Source of the DNA: Octopus bimaculoides
Lineage: Eukaryota
NCBI RefSeq assembly: GCF_001194135.2
Contig: NC_068991.1
Span: forward strand, 47,101,447 to 47,137,615
DNA length: 36,169 nucleotides
Reading direction: 5' to 3'
The stretch's first letter is position 1, and each line of letters opens with the position of its first letter. Positions 22,727 through 32,869 of this stretch are shown piece after piece. The notes below the pieces were generated by a model, which had not been told where the DNA came from, did no database searches, and saw only the letters and a program-made list of their open reading frames with translations. The position numbers were made by a program, and so were the translations under genes.

Positions 22727-22887
22727 AAGGCAAAATGCTTAGCAGCATTCTGAGTTCAAATTCTGCTGAGGTCGGCTTTGATTTTTTCTTCCTTTCAGGG
22801 TCAAAAGATAAAGTACCAGTGAAACACTGGGGTCAATGAAATTGACTAGTCCCCAAAATTTCAGGCCTTGTGCCTTTAGTAGACAGG
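22727..22887 (+). mobile_element. SINE B (head deleted) ending in (ATT)n 22888-22941
   Basis: AAGGCAAAATGCTTAGC..CTGAGTTCAAATTC..GTAGACAGG-(ATT)n. Confidence 0.8.
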
Positions 22888-23299
22888 ATTATTATTATTA
22901 TTATTATTATTACTATTATTATTATTATTACTATTATTATTAAACCAAATAACTTTACTGGGGAATGTAACAAAGTGTCAGTTGTTCACAAACAGTGGAC
23001 TAAAGTAAGACTCTTCATTCAGATTGTGCAGTTCCAACCAACACTGTCTTCTGTAGCTGCTTTATCTTCACATTCACTCCTAGCTTTCCAGTACAGTTTG
23101 TTAGTTTGGTAATTATAGTTCCAAGGCTCCAGCAACAACAGGTATAACACCTTCTTCATGATGATTTGAATTGGGAAATAAAAAAAAAACAACTTTCTTT
23201 AATGATCAGAGACTTTTTATTTCCTAATTCAAATCATCATATCTGACCAGCTTCTATTATTCTCTTTCCAATACAATGTCATAATTAGCACATGCTTAT

Positions 23300-23687
23300 G
23301 TTGTTGTTGGCACTCTGTCGCTTACGACGTCGAGGGTTCCAGTTGATCCGATCAACGGAACAGCCTGCTCGTGAAACTAACGTGCAAGTGGCTGAGCACT
23401 CCACAGACACGTGCACCCTTAACGTAGTTCTCGGGGATATTCAGCGTGACACAGTGTGACAAGGCTGACCCTTTGAATTACAGGCACAACAGAAACAGGA
23501 AGTAAGAGTGAGAGAAAGTTTGTGGTGAAAGAGTACAGCAGGGTTCGCCACCATCCCCTGCCGGAGCCTCGTGTGGCTTTTCGCTGTTTTCGCTCAATAA
23601 ACAATCACAACGCCCGGTCTGGGAATCGGAACCGCGATCATATGACCGCGAGTCCGCTGCCCTAACCACTGGGCCATTGCGCCTCCT
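23300..23687 (-). mobile_element. SINE D2 (tRNA head, (CAA)n tail), young full-length copy with 12-bp TSD
   Basis: TSD GCACATGCTTAT (23288-23299) and GCACATGTTTAT (23688-23699). A-box TGGCCCAGTGG and B-box GGTTCCGATTCC. CpGs are retained. Related copy at 31292-31597 and core fragment near 18977-19020. Confidence 0.9.
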
Positions 23688-23957
23688 GCACATGTTTATA
23701 TCCATGATTAAACAAGTTTTTACCACTTCTTCACCGTAACCCTAACCACTACACCTGGCTTTCGATGCTCAGTTTCATGATCACATTGGATCCTTATATC
23801 CCACAGTATCCTCACCATGTTATTCTCAATTACTCCTTCTTGGGTTTACCCATACCACATCTTTGCTTTATCCAATCTATGCTTCTCACACAGCTCCCAA
23901 TGAATTATTCTTGCAACATTATCATGTCTTCCTTTGTAATCTTTTTGGGCCAGATTT

Positions 23958-24171
23958 CATCAATCATCATTATCAACATTTAACACCCGTTTTTCATGCT
24001 GGCATGGGTTGGACAGTTTGACAGGAGCTGGCAAGGCCAGGGCCCACACCAGGTTCCATTGTCTGTTTTGGCTTGGTTTCTACAGCTGGATGCCCTTCCT
24101 AATGCCAACCACTTTACAGAGTATACTGGGTGCTTTTTAAATGGCACCAGTGCCCACACCAATGCTTTTTA
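23958..24171 (-). mobile_element. Family A-like 3' fragment inserted in the LINE
   Basis: CTACAGCTGGATGCCCTTCCTAATGCCAACCAC core and CAT-like tail. Near-match to 28925-29178. Confidence 0.8.
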
Positions 24172-24757
24172 CATAGTGCTATTCTTGCCTTTATCACTGC
24201 GCAAACTGCATCTGTTACTTTCTTCTATGTTATCAATCCATTTATTTGGTATAATTTGTTCTAAGTACTTGTTCCTGCACAGCACAGATAAGCACTTGTC
24301 TCTGGCTTCAAGCACTTTCCTAATCCAGTGCATCAGTATTCTTGCCCACCTTTCTCACAAACTGCCCATACATAATTTTTCCATTCCATTCTCTTTTGTC
24401 TTTCTTGTTCTTTTTCCTTTGAATTCCTCCATCTCCAAGCAAGTGTCTGTCCTAACTGTACCAGATATTCTCACACAAACCAGCAAAGGTTCTAAGGCAC
24501 TCCTGATATATCACCCCACCCCCAAGCTGTTTCCTTCTGAGCATATACAAGTTCCACAGCTAATTAGCTCTTGCCCAACTTTGTGCCTGGTTAGACAAAG
24601 CCTATCAGAGTTGTTCTTAGAGTGGAAGACTCCACGTATTGCGAGGAATTTTCCTGATTTTTGGTTTATCCTCTCTAATACCTCTTCCCTCCAATACCTC
24701 AATCTTAATTGCTTGAAATGCATTTCTTCCATTCAGTTTTGAATTGTTACTATTATT

Positions 24758-25146
24758 GAAGACATTGCACAGTATTCAATATTGTGATATTGTTGAATGA
24801 AGACATTGTGTATACCGGAAGTTTGTACTGTCTGTCAAACCACAACAAGGGTCTCAGACAGACAGCACTTTATGCAGTATGCGCGCAGTTCAAAGTAAAG
24901 CCAATTTTTGCAATACACAAAGATTGTAGGGTATTTCTAAAATTTCCAAATATTTCTTCAGGTTGGATGGTATTGAACTCAATGCTTCGATGACAACAGG
25001 GACAACCTTTTTGTTTCACTCTCCTAGCTGCCACATCTTGGCAATCACAATTCTCAGGTCTCCATATTTGTCAACCTTTTCTCTTTCTTTCATGATAATA
25101 TGTTGATCTCCTGGCACTGCCACATCAATTATAAGGCTCTCTTTAT
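24758..25146 (-). pseudogene. Second R4/Dong-clade 3' fragment (RLE domain plus 3' UTR), in tandem upstream of the first
   Basis: 25146 to 24854 reads in one frame DKESLIIDVAVPGDQHIIMKEREKVDKYGDLRIVIAKMWQL..KVVPVVIEALSSIPSNLKKYLEIL..LQKLALL*TARILHKVLSV*. Flanked by (TAA)n on both sides. Confidence 0.9.
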
Positions 25147-25182
25147 CATTATTATTATTATTATTATTATCATTATTATTAT

Positions 25183-25818
25183 TTCACCCATTGCTAAGTT
25201 CTGAGTTCAAATTCCACTGAGGTCGACTCTACCTTTCATCCTTTCAGGGTTGATAAAATAAGTACCAGTTGAACACTGGGGTCAATGTACTCGACTCACC
25301 CAATCCCCAAATCTGCTGCCCTTGTGGCAAAATTTGAAACCATTATTATTATTATTTATTTATTTATTGCCCACAGGGGGCTAAACAGAGGGGACAAACA
25401 AAGACAGACAAAGAGATTAAGTCAATCACATCGACCCCAGTGCATAACTGGTACTTATTTAATCGACCCCAAAAGGATGAAAGGCAAAGGTGACCTCAGC
25501 AGAATTTGAATTCAGAACATAACGGCAGATGAAATACCGCTAAACATTTCGCCCAGTGTGCTAACGATTTTGCCAGCTCACATTATTATTATTATTATTA
25601 AGGTAGTGAGCTGACAGAATCATTAGCATGTTCGATGAAATGCTTAGCAACATTTTGCCCATCACTAAGTTCTGAGTTCAGATTCCACCAAGGTAAACTT
25701 TGCCTTTCATCCTATTGGGGGTCATTAAATTAAGTACCAGTGAAAAACTGAGGTCAATGTAATCAACTAGTTCCCTCCCCCAAAACTGCAGGCCTTTTGC
25801 CCTTAGTAGAAAAGATTA
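25183..25818. mobile_element. SINE B cluster: 5'-truncated + copy, inverted copy (about 25360-25580), full + copy (25601-25818)
   Basis: B bodies separated by (ATT)n. The inverted copy has a third tail variant. Confidence 0.85.
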
Positions 25819-26229
25819 TTATTAACTGGCAGGGGGGAAGAAATGAGAAGAGTAGCAGAGATGACATTCAGAGCCCATTTTGATATTCGTTCCTACAGTT
25901 GTCCATAAACTAAGAACCCATGAAAGTGCTGGGATCAACTGAAACGACAATACACTCTCCCTATAAATATATAACCATTCAAAAAGAAAACTATAATAAT
26001 TGTCCAATATTATGACAAGGCTAGTGGATAGCAGAATTGGTAAAGCAGTAGATTAAGTTATTTTGAAGAATTTACTTATACCTATATCATGTTTTCGAAT
26101 CTCACAACGATCATCTTTACTTTTTGTTCTTTGGTGAGTGGGGTGGGGGGTGATCAATAAATTAGGTACTGGTCAAGCAATCAGGACAATTAAACTGACC
26201 ACACTAATCCCCAGAAAATAAACGGAAAC

Positions 26230-26376
26230 TATGTGGTAAGAAGTTTGCTTCCCAACCACATGGTCATAGGTTCAGTCCCCCTGCATGGAACCTTGGGCAA
26301 ATGTCTTCTACTATAGCCCTGTGGTGGACCAAATCCTTGTGAATGAATTTGGGAGACAGAAACTGAAAAAAGCTTG

Positions 26377-26413
<37 letters not shown>

Positions 26414-26420
26414 CGTGCGT
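26230..26420 (+). mobile_element. SINE C 5' half ending in (TG)n (another fragment near 26585-26670)
   Basis: GTGGTAAGAAGTTTGCTTCCCAACCACATGG..CCTTGGGCAAATGTCTTCTACTATAGCC. Confidence 0.8.
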
Positions 26421-27754
26421 GTGTGTGTGTGTGTGTGTAACAGAGAAATCAGCTGTCAACATCTTTTCTCTGCAAATTTCCTGAAGACGGTGTCCTAAGC
26501 CTGAAATATTAGAAATACCAAGTAATAGTTCTAATCATCATTCTGTTTAATTATTTTTTATTTCTATAGGATGCATTGTTTTGGGTTTAAAAATGTGCGA
26601 ATGAATTTGGTAGACAGAAAATGGAAAAAGCTTGACGTGTGTATGTGTGTGTGTGTGTGTGTGTGTTAGAGTTACTAAGTAACCGCCTGTATATAAACAC
26701 ATTAGTATCTTTATATTACTGTGTGTATAAAATTGTGTGAGTGAGTGTGTTTCTTAGCGTCTTTGCATGTATGTATGTATGTATTAATATATATGAGTGC
26801 ATATATGTTAGTGTGTAAGAAAGTGAGTTTGGATGTATGTATTAAATGCATGTGCATGTATGTCAGTATGCGTGTGATTTTGTGTGATTGTGTGTGTGTG
26901 TAATTGTGTGTGTGCACACGTGCCCTCCTCCTTCTCCCTCCACTGGTATCACTATGTGTATAAATATCCCCGTGGGGCAGGGTGGGGGGAACTAAAATGT
27001 CTTGGGTCATTCATGGCTGTCATTAGTTAGTGTGCCCCAACCCCCACATCAGGGAGAAAGGATCCGAGGGGGGGAGCATGGGTGATGAATTAGTCCAGTA
27101 GCAGCAGCAGTAGCAGTGGAGGATCAGGGAGGGGGGACAGTTATGATAGAACCCTCTTGTTAACCACTCCACCAACAATGCAGAACCACCCGCACCCAGC
27201 ACTACTTCCCCACCGGCACACCCACCACCCACAGCTGACATGNNNNNNNNNNNNNNNNNNNNNNNNNNNNNNNNNNNNNNNNNNNNNNNNNNNNNNNNNN
27301 NNNNNNNNNNNNNNNNNNNNNNNNNNNNNNNNNNNNNNNNNNNNNNNNNNNNNNNNNNNNNNNNNNNNNNNNNNNNNNNNNNNNNNNNNNNNNNNNNNNN
27401 NNNNNNNNNNNNNNNNNNNNNNNNNNNNNNNNNNNNNNNNNNNNNNNNNNNNNNNNNNNNNNNNNNNNNNNNNNNNNNNNNNNNNNNNNNNNNNNNNNNN
27501 NNNNNNNNNNNNNNNNNNNNNNNNNNNNNNNNNNNNNNNNNNNNNNNNNNNNNNNNNNNNNNNNNNNNNNNNNNNNNNNNNNNNNNNNNNNNNNNNNNNN
27601 NNNNNNNNNNNNNNNNNNNNNNNNNNNNNNNNNNNNNNNNNNNNNNNNNNNNNNNNNNNNNNNNNNNNNNNNNNNNNNNNNNNNNNNNNNNNNNNNNNNN
27701 NNNNNNNNNNNNNNNNNNNNNNNNNNNNNNNNNNNNNNNNNNNNNNNNNNNNNN

Positions 27755-28430
27755 GTGGTGGTGTTCATTATGATAATGGTGGTGGTGATGATGGTGATGG
27801 TGATGATGGTGATGACGACGATGATGGTGGTGGTGGTGTTCGTTATGATGATAATGGTGGTGGTGATGGTGGTGATGATGGTGATGATGGTGATGGTGAT
27901 GATGATGATGATGATGATGATAGTAGCAATGATATTAAAGGGAACAGTGATGCTGAATTAGTGAAACGTTACTAAAATGAGGCAAGAAGGTCTGTTCAGA
28001 ATGACAATGATTATGATTCCTCGTCGTCGTCGTCGTCGTCGTCGTCATCATCATCATCATCATCATCCCCAGCCACATCATGAGAATTATATTGACAATG
28101 TCAAGATATCTGCTGTGGTGGTGAAAAGGAGAAAGAAGAGAGGGAGGAAGAAGAGGAGGAGAGTAATGACAATCTGGAGGACAGGAGAACATTCCAGGCA
28201 ATTTTCCCTCAACCTCTTCCTAATTGCCTACCACCATCACCATCATCATCATATACAAAGCCTCCCACACACCCTCAGCCTGTGCAAGAATCAAAGAAGA
28301 ACACACACACACATACACAATATGCACCTATGCCCACCCAGCCAACACTTGACACACCACCACCACCACCATCACCGATACACCAATACAATCAGTCAAC
28401 CACTAATTCCACCATCACCATCAACAAAAG
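27755..28430. repeat. Mixed (GAT/GGT)n, (TCG)n, (CAT/CAC)n and (CA)n microsatellite field
   Basis: Direct reading. Confidence 0.85.
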
Positions 28431-28924
28431 AAAACAAAAACAAAAAAAACAGCAATGTGACAGAGAGAAGTAGAAGAATTGGTAAGAAAAATACAATAGT
28501 GCATGTCACCAACAAAGAGAGACAGACAGACAGACATAGACAGATGGACAGACTGATAGAGAAATAGGCAGTGGGCTGCAGTCAGAGGAAGGAAGAGTTT
28601 ATCAGGGAGAAGGTTTGGTGAGGGGGAGGACAATAGGTGTGTAAGTCTCATACTGTGTCTTATAATAACTGTGCTTGGCATTTCTACTGCAAACCACTGT
28701 GACCTTATTGGGTGATTTGGAGTAGCCCTGAGGACTTTTGTCTTCATAAGATATAATCCAGGACAAGTTATATTAGTGGAGTCTATTCTCTCATCAAGAT
28801 ATACCAAGGGAGGGAGTAAGACATAGCCATTGGTGATGGTGGTAGTAAGCTTTTAGTTGGTTGATGTACAATGACAGTTCAATTTTTAGTTGAACTCTTT
28901 GTTTTCTATTTTAGTTACTCTAAC

Positions 28925-29178
28925 ATACCAGTGCCATGTAAACAGCACCTGAGCTGGTACATAGAAAGCACCCATGTTGGTACCACATCAAAAGCACCCA
29001 GTACACTCTGTAAAGTGGTTGGCATTAGGAAGGGTATCTGGCTGTAGAAACCATGCCAAAACAGACAATTGAAGCCTGGTGCAGCTTTCCAGCTTGCTAA
29101 CTCCTGTCAAACAGTCCAACCCATGCCAGCATGGAAAAGAGATGTTAAAAGTTGATGATGACAACAATGATGATGATG
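28925..29178 (+). mobile_element. Family A-like 3' fragment
   Basis: GTGGTTGGCATTAGGAAGGG..CCATGCCAGCATGG..(GAT)n. Confidence 0.8.
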
Positions 29179-29679
29179 ACACCAGCTGTCTCTCGAACCC
29201 TAGTTAACAGTCTGGTAAGAGATGGGCTTCTTTTTTTGGCCATTTAATCAAAGAGGGAAGGGTAGCAACCATGAAGGGACATTTATGTTTTTTTTTTGTT
29301 TTTTTTTTCAGAGACTCCAAGAGAAGAAATTATTCTCAAGCTAGAGACTTGTCTCAAATGTTTGCAACAGAGTGAATTCTGCTAAAAGTACCCAAGGACT
29401 AGGACAAGGAGGGGTGGTATTAATCCAAGATTACATCTACTACCCAAAAATTCAGAATACAAAGAACCAGAATAAATATCACAAGGTACCTTACAGTTCC
29501 ACTAATCCACTGCCCTCAACTGTTTATTTTCTCAACCCTGAAAAGATGAAAAGTAAGGCTGCTCTAAGTGGGATTTGAACTCAGGATACAGTGAGTTAGA
29601 ATGAGTGCCACACGGCAGCCTGCCCAGCGCTCTAGCAGCTCTGCTAATACCCTAAGAAAGCTGACTTTAATAATAACAC

Positions 29680-30249
29680 TTAACTCTTTAGCATTTAAAC
29701 CAGCCATATCCAGCCCAAGGCTCAGTTGTTAGAGCATCAGACTCCCAACCATGTGGTAGGGAGTTCAATTTCCAGATGCGGCTGTGTTGTGTTCTTGAAC
29801 GAGAATACTTTATTTCATGTTGCTCCAGTTCACTCAGCTGCAGAAATGAGTTGCGACATCAGTGGTGCCAAGCTGTATCTGTCTTTGCCTTTCCCTTGGA
29901 TAACATCAATGGTATGGAGAGAGGAGGCTAGTATGCATGAGTGACAGCTGGCCTTCCATGAACAACCTTGCCTGACTTGTGCCTTAGAAAGGAACTTTCT
30001 AGGTGCAATCTCGTGGTCATCCATGACTGAAGGGGGTCTTTACCCTTTATCCAGCCCAAATATTCTACTTGTCTTATGTTCAACTTGCCCAGCTCCAATC
30101 TCTCACACCTAACCTACAACATCATTCTAAAATAAAACAATCACATCATTGAAATTTCAAAGCTACAATATAGGCCATGATTAATTTCTAAACAATGTGA
30201 ATAAATAAACATTACGTTTGACAGAGAAATCTGAATGCTAATGGGTTAA
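29680..30249. mobile_element. MITE E containing SINE D (29719-30047, +) with 12-bp TSD
   Basis: TTAA-CTCTTTAGCATT ... AATGCTAATGGG-TTAA. TSD TATCCAGCCCAA at 29707-29718 and 30048-30059. Confidence 0.9.
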
Positions 30250-30505
30250 GGGCTACAGAATGTTTGCAATCACACCCTAAACTAAGCAAGCAGTCATGCA
30301 TTAAGGACAACAAGTGAACATATGTAGGCAGGAGATATGACAATACTGGTACAAACATGTGATGTATGAACAGACAAAAAAATGTCGGGTTCAAAAAGTA
30401 TTCTGTACTGACTGACAGTAGAAGGTGCTGATGGTAGAATGAACCTGGGGTTAGAGATGGGGGCTAGGGGAAATAAGTAATGAAATGAAATCTCAATACT
30501 GGACC

Positions 30506-31083
30506 ATAACCATTTAGCATTTAAACCAAACATATCCAGCACATGGCTCAGTGGTTAGAGTGTCAGGTTCACAATCATGAGTTCAGTTCAGTTCCTGGAC
30601 TGGATTGTGTGTTGTGTTCTTGAGCAAGGCACTTTATTTCACATTGCTCCAGTTCACTCAACTGTAGAAATGAGTTGCGATGTCACAAGGGCCAAGCTGT
30701 ATTGGCCTTTGCCTTTCCCTTGGATAACATCGGTGGCGTGGAGAGGAGGGGAGGCTGGTATGCATGGGTGACTGCTGCTCTTCCATAAACAACATTACCC
30801 AGACTTGTGTCTCAGAGGGGAACTTTCTAAGTGCGATTCTATGGTCATTCATGACCTGGGGGGAGGGGGGGGTCTTTATCCAGCCCAAATGTTTTACTGG
30901 TTTTATATTCAAACTGGCCAAATCTGGCCTTTCATACCTACCCTACTAATTCATTCAAAAAAATAATCAGTCACATCATGGCATGGAAATCTCAAAGCTA
31001 TGAGATAATAAATGATTAACTGAAGACAATGTGAATCAATAAACCTTGCATTTGACAGAGTAATCTGAATGCTAAAGAGTTAA
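30506..31083. mobile_element. MITE E containing SINE D (30541-30876, +) with 6-8-bp TSD
   Basis: ATAA-CCATTTAGCATT ... AATGCTAAAGAG-TTAA. TSD TATCCAGC at 30533-30540 and 30877-30884. Confidence 0.9.
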
Positions 31084-31291
31084 AGACAAGAGAACGCAGG
31101 GTCAAGATGAATGGTAATAAACTAATATGAAGGATTCATCACATCAGAATAAAAAAAACCAGACATCATGATAATGATAATGATGATGATGATGATGCTG
31201 ATGAAATAAATTATGCTCCAGTTGAGGCCATTTTCTATAATTCTGCTGCCATCAATCAGTGACTTATGGCTAAATAGCTATAATGTGTGAA

Positions 31292-31597
31292 GGCACGTGG
31301 CTTAGTGGTTAAGATATTAGGCTCATGATTGCAAGGTCAGGAGTTCAATTCCTGGTGGCACACTGTGTCCTTGAGCAAGACACTTTATTTCACATTGCTA
31401 GCAAAAATGAGTAGTACCTGTATTTCAAAAGGCCAGCCTTGTCACACTGTGTCATACTGAATCTCCTTGAGAAGTACGTTAAAGGTACGCATGTCTGTGG
31501 AGTACTCAGCCACATGCACATTAATTTCACAAGCAGGCTGTTCTGCTGATCGGATCAACTGGAACCCTGGTCATCGTAACAAACGGAGTGCCAGTCA
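31292..31597 (+). mobile_element. SINE with D head and D2 3' body
   Basis: GGCACGTGGCTTAGTGG..GAGTTCAATTCC..TGTGTCCTTGAGCAAGACACTTTATTTCAC followed by GTCTGTGGAGTACTCAGCCAC..GGAGTGCCA. Confidence 0.8.
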
Positions 31598-32127
31598 TGC
31601 TGTATAATAAACTAGCAGCAGTACTTCGTTTTGCAGGACTTTATTACTACCTAAATTCACGTATATGAATTCCCTATATTTTAGGTAAAATTACTTTAAA
31701 ATGGTGTTGACAGTCTGCAGTTGTTCTGAAGATACAACTGATTCACTTAAATTTGTTGCATTCAAGTAAATCTGAAGACAATTCAAGTTGAACTTCTTAA
31801 CAAATATGCAAAGTAAAAAACGAAATTACCCAAAAAAGCCACACAGCCAATGATCTTGAAAAAACTGTACTTCAATGTAAAATTTCAGCTACCCAGGTGC
31901 AAAACTATGCCACCCTACCCGACAACTAGTGTTAGTTTGTTTGTATTCCTGCACTTAGCAGTCCAGTAAAAGAACCCAACAGAATAAGAACCAGGCTTTA
32001 AAAAGAAATTAAAAAGTACTGGTGTTGGGTGGGGAGGTTGGTTTGTCAAACTAAACTCTTCAAGGTGGTGCCCCAGCATGGCTGCAGTCCAATAACCAAT
32101 ATCACTAGTACCACCACGACTACCATC

Positions 32128-32430
32128 ATCATTTTAACATTCACTTTTCCATGTTTGCATGGGTTACACGACGTTTGTTGAGACAGATTTATCTGGTGTC
32201 AGATGCTCTTCCTGTCACCAACCCTCACCTGTTTCCAAGTAAGGAAATATTTCCCCCATGGATATGTTTACACAAAATACTGGAAACAAGGAACACTGCT
32301 GGTATGACAATAACACTTGTTTATATCTATTGTATGAATGTCAAAACAAGAAGACATAAACTACACAGTCCCACCCATGCCAGCATGGAAGACGGACATT
32401 AAACGACGATGATGATGATGATGATGATGA
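32128..32430. mobile_element. Family G (-) followed by an A/G-type terminal hairpin and (GAT)n (+)
   Basis: The G body matches 9185-9410. CCCATGCCAGCATGGAAGACGGACATTAAACGA-(GAT)n at about 32375-32430. Confidence 0.7.
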
Positions 32431-32869
32431 TATGTAAAGGTAAGATCCAAGGATCAAAGTGTAGGAAGTTAGTAAGCTTCAAGCAGTCCATAGAAGGTAT
32501 AAAAAACATCTTTCAGGAACAATAGTGTTTTATTGACATAGAAGATTGTAAGTTACTACTTCCGAAGTTCTGCTAGCTATGAAACATATGTAGCTTGGAC
32601 TTTATTTACTCCAATCCAATCCCTAATTTTGAATATATATATATATATATATATATAGTTAACAGGTGAGATCCAGAGATGCTTCATACAGAAAACATGT
32701 ATTAGTTCTCAACTGATTTGAACTTGTACTCCAAAGTCTTTATCAAGGACTAAATCCACTGGGTAAAGAGTGGCTATAAGAGGAATGCAGGTGAGCTGAT
32801 GTGGAGATAGTGTCTATTTTAATGTATCAAGACCAAACATGTTTATTTGAATATCTCTCTCTCTCTCAC

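Larger units (their letters stand above)
22942..24745 (-). pseudogene. R4/Dong-clade LINE, 5'-truncated (post-RT region, CCHC region, RLE), interrupted by two SINEs, (TAA)n tail
   Basis: Minus-strand peptides: NSKLNGRNAFQAI; RGVFHSKNNSDRLCLTRHKVGQELISC; WNGKIMYGQF; LICAVQEQVLRTNY; NLAQKDYKGRHDNVARIIHWELC; ILWDIRIQCDHETEHRKP; CLIMDI; VIPVVAGALG; QLQKTVLVGTA. Stop codon at 23000-23002. Many stops and frameshifts. Confidence 0.9.

Noticed and set aside
23600-23687. tRNA-like sequences at SINE heads
   Set aside because: A and B boxes are present, but they run into SINE bodies with tails and TSDs and I could not fold a complete cloverleaf.
23996-24742. 248-aa plus-strand ORF
   Set aside because: It is the antisense shadow of the decayed R4/Dong LINE plus a family A insertion.
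28421-28807. 128-aa minus-strand ORF in partly unique sequence
   Set aside because: No recognisable motif, its C-terminal third is simple repeat, and there are no convincing splice boundaries.
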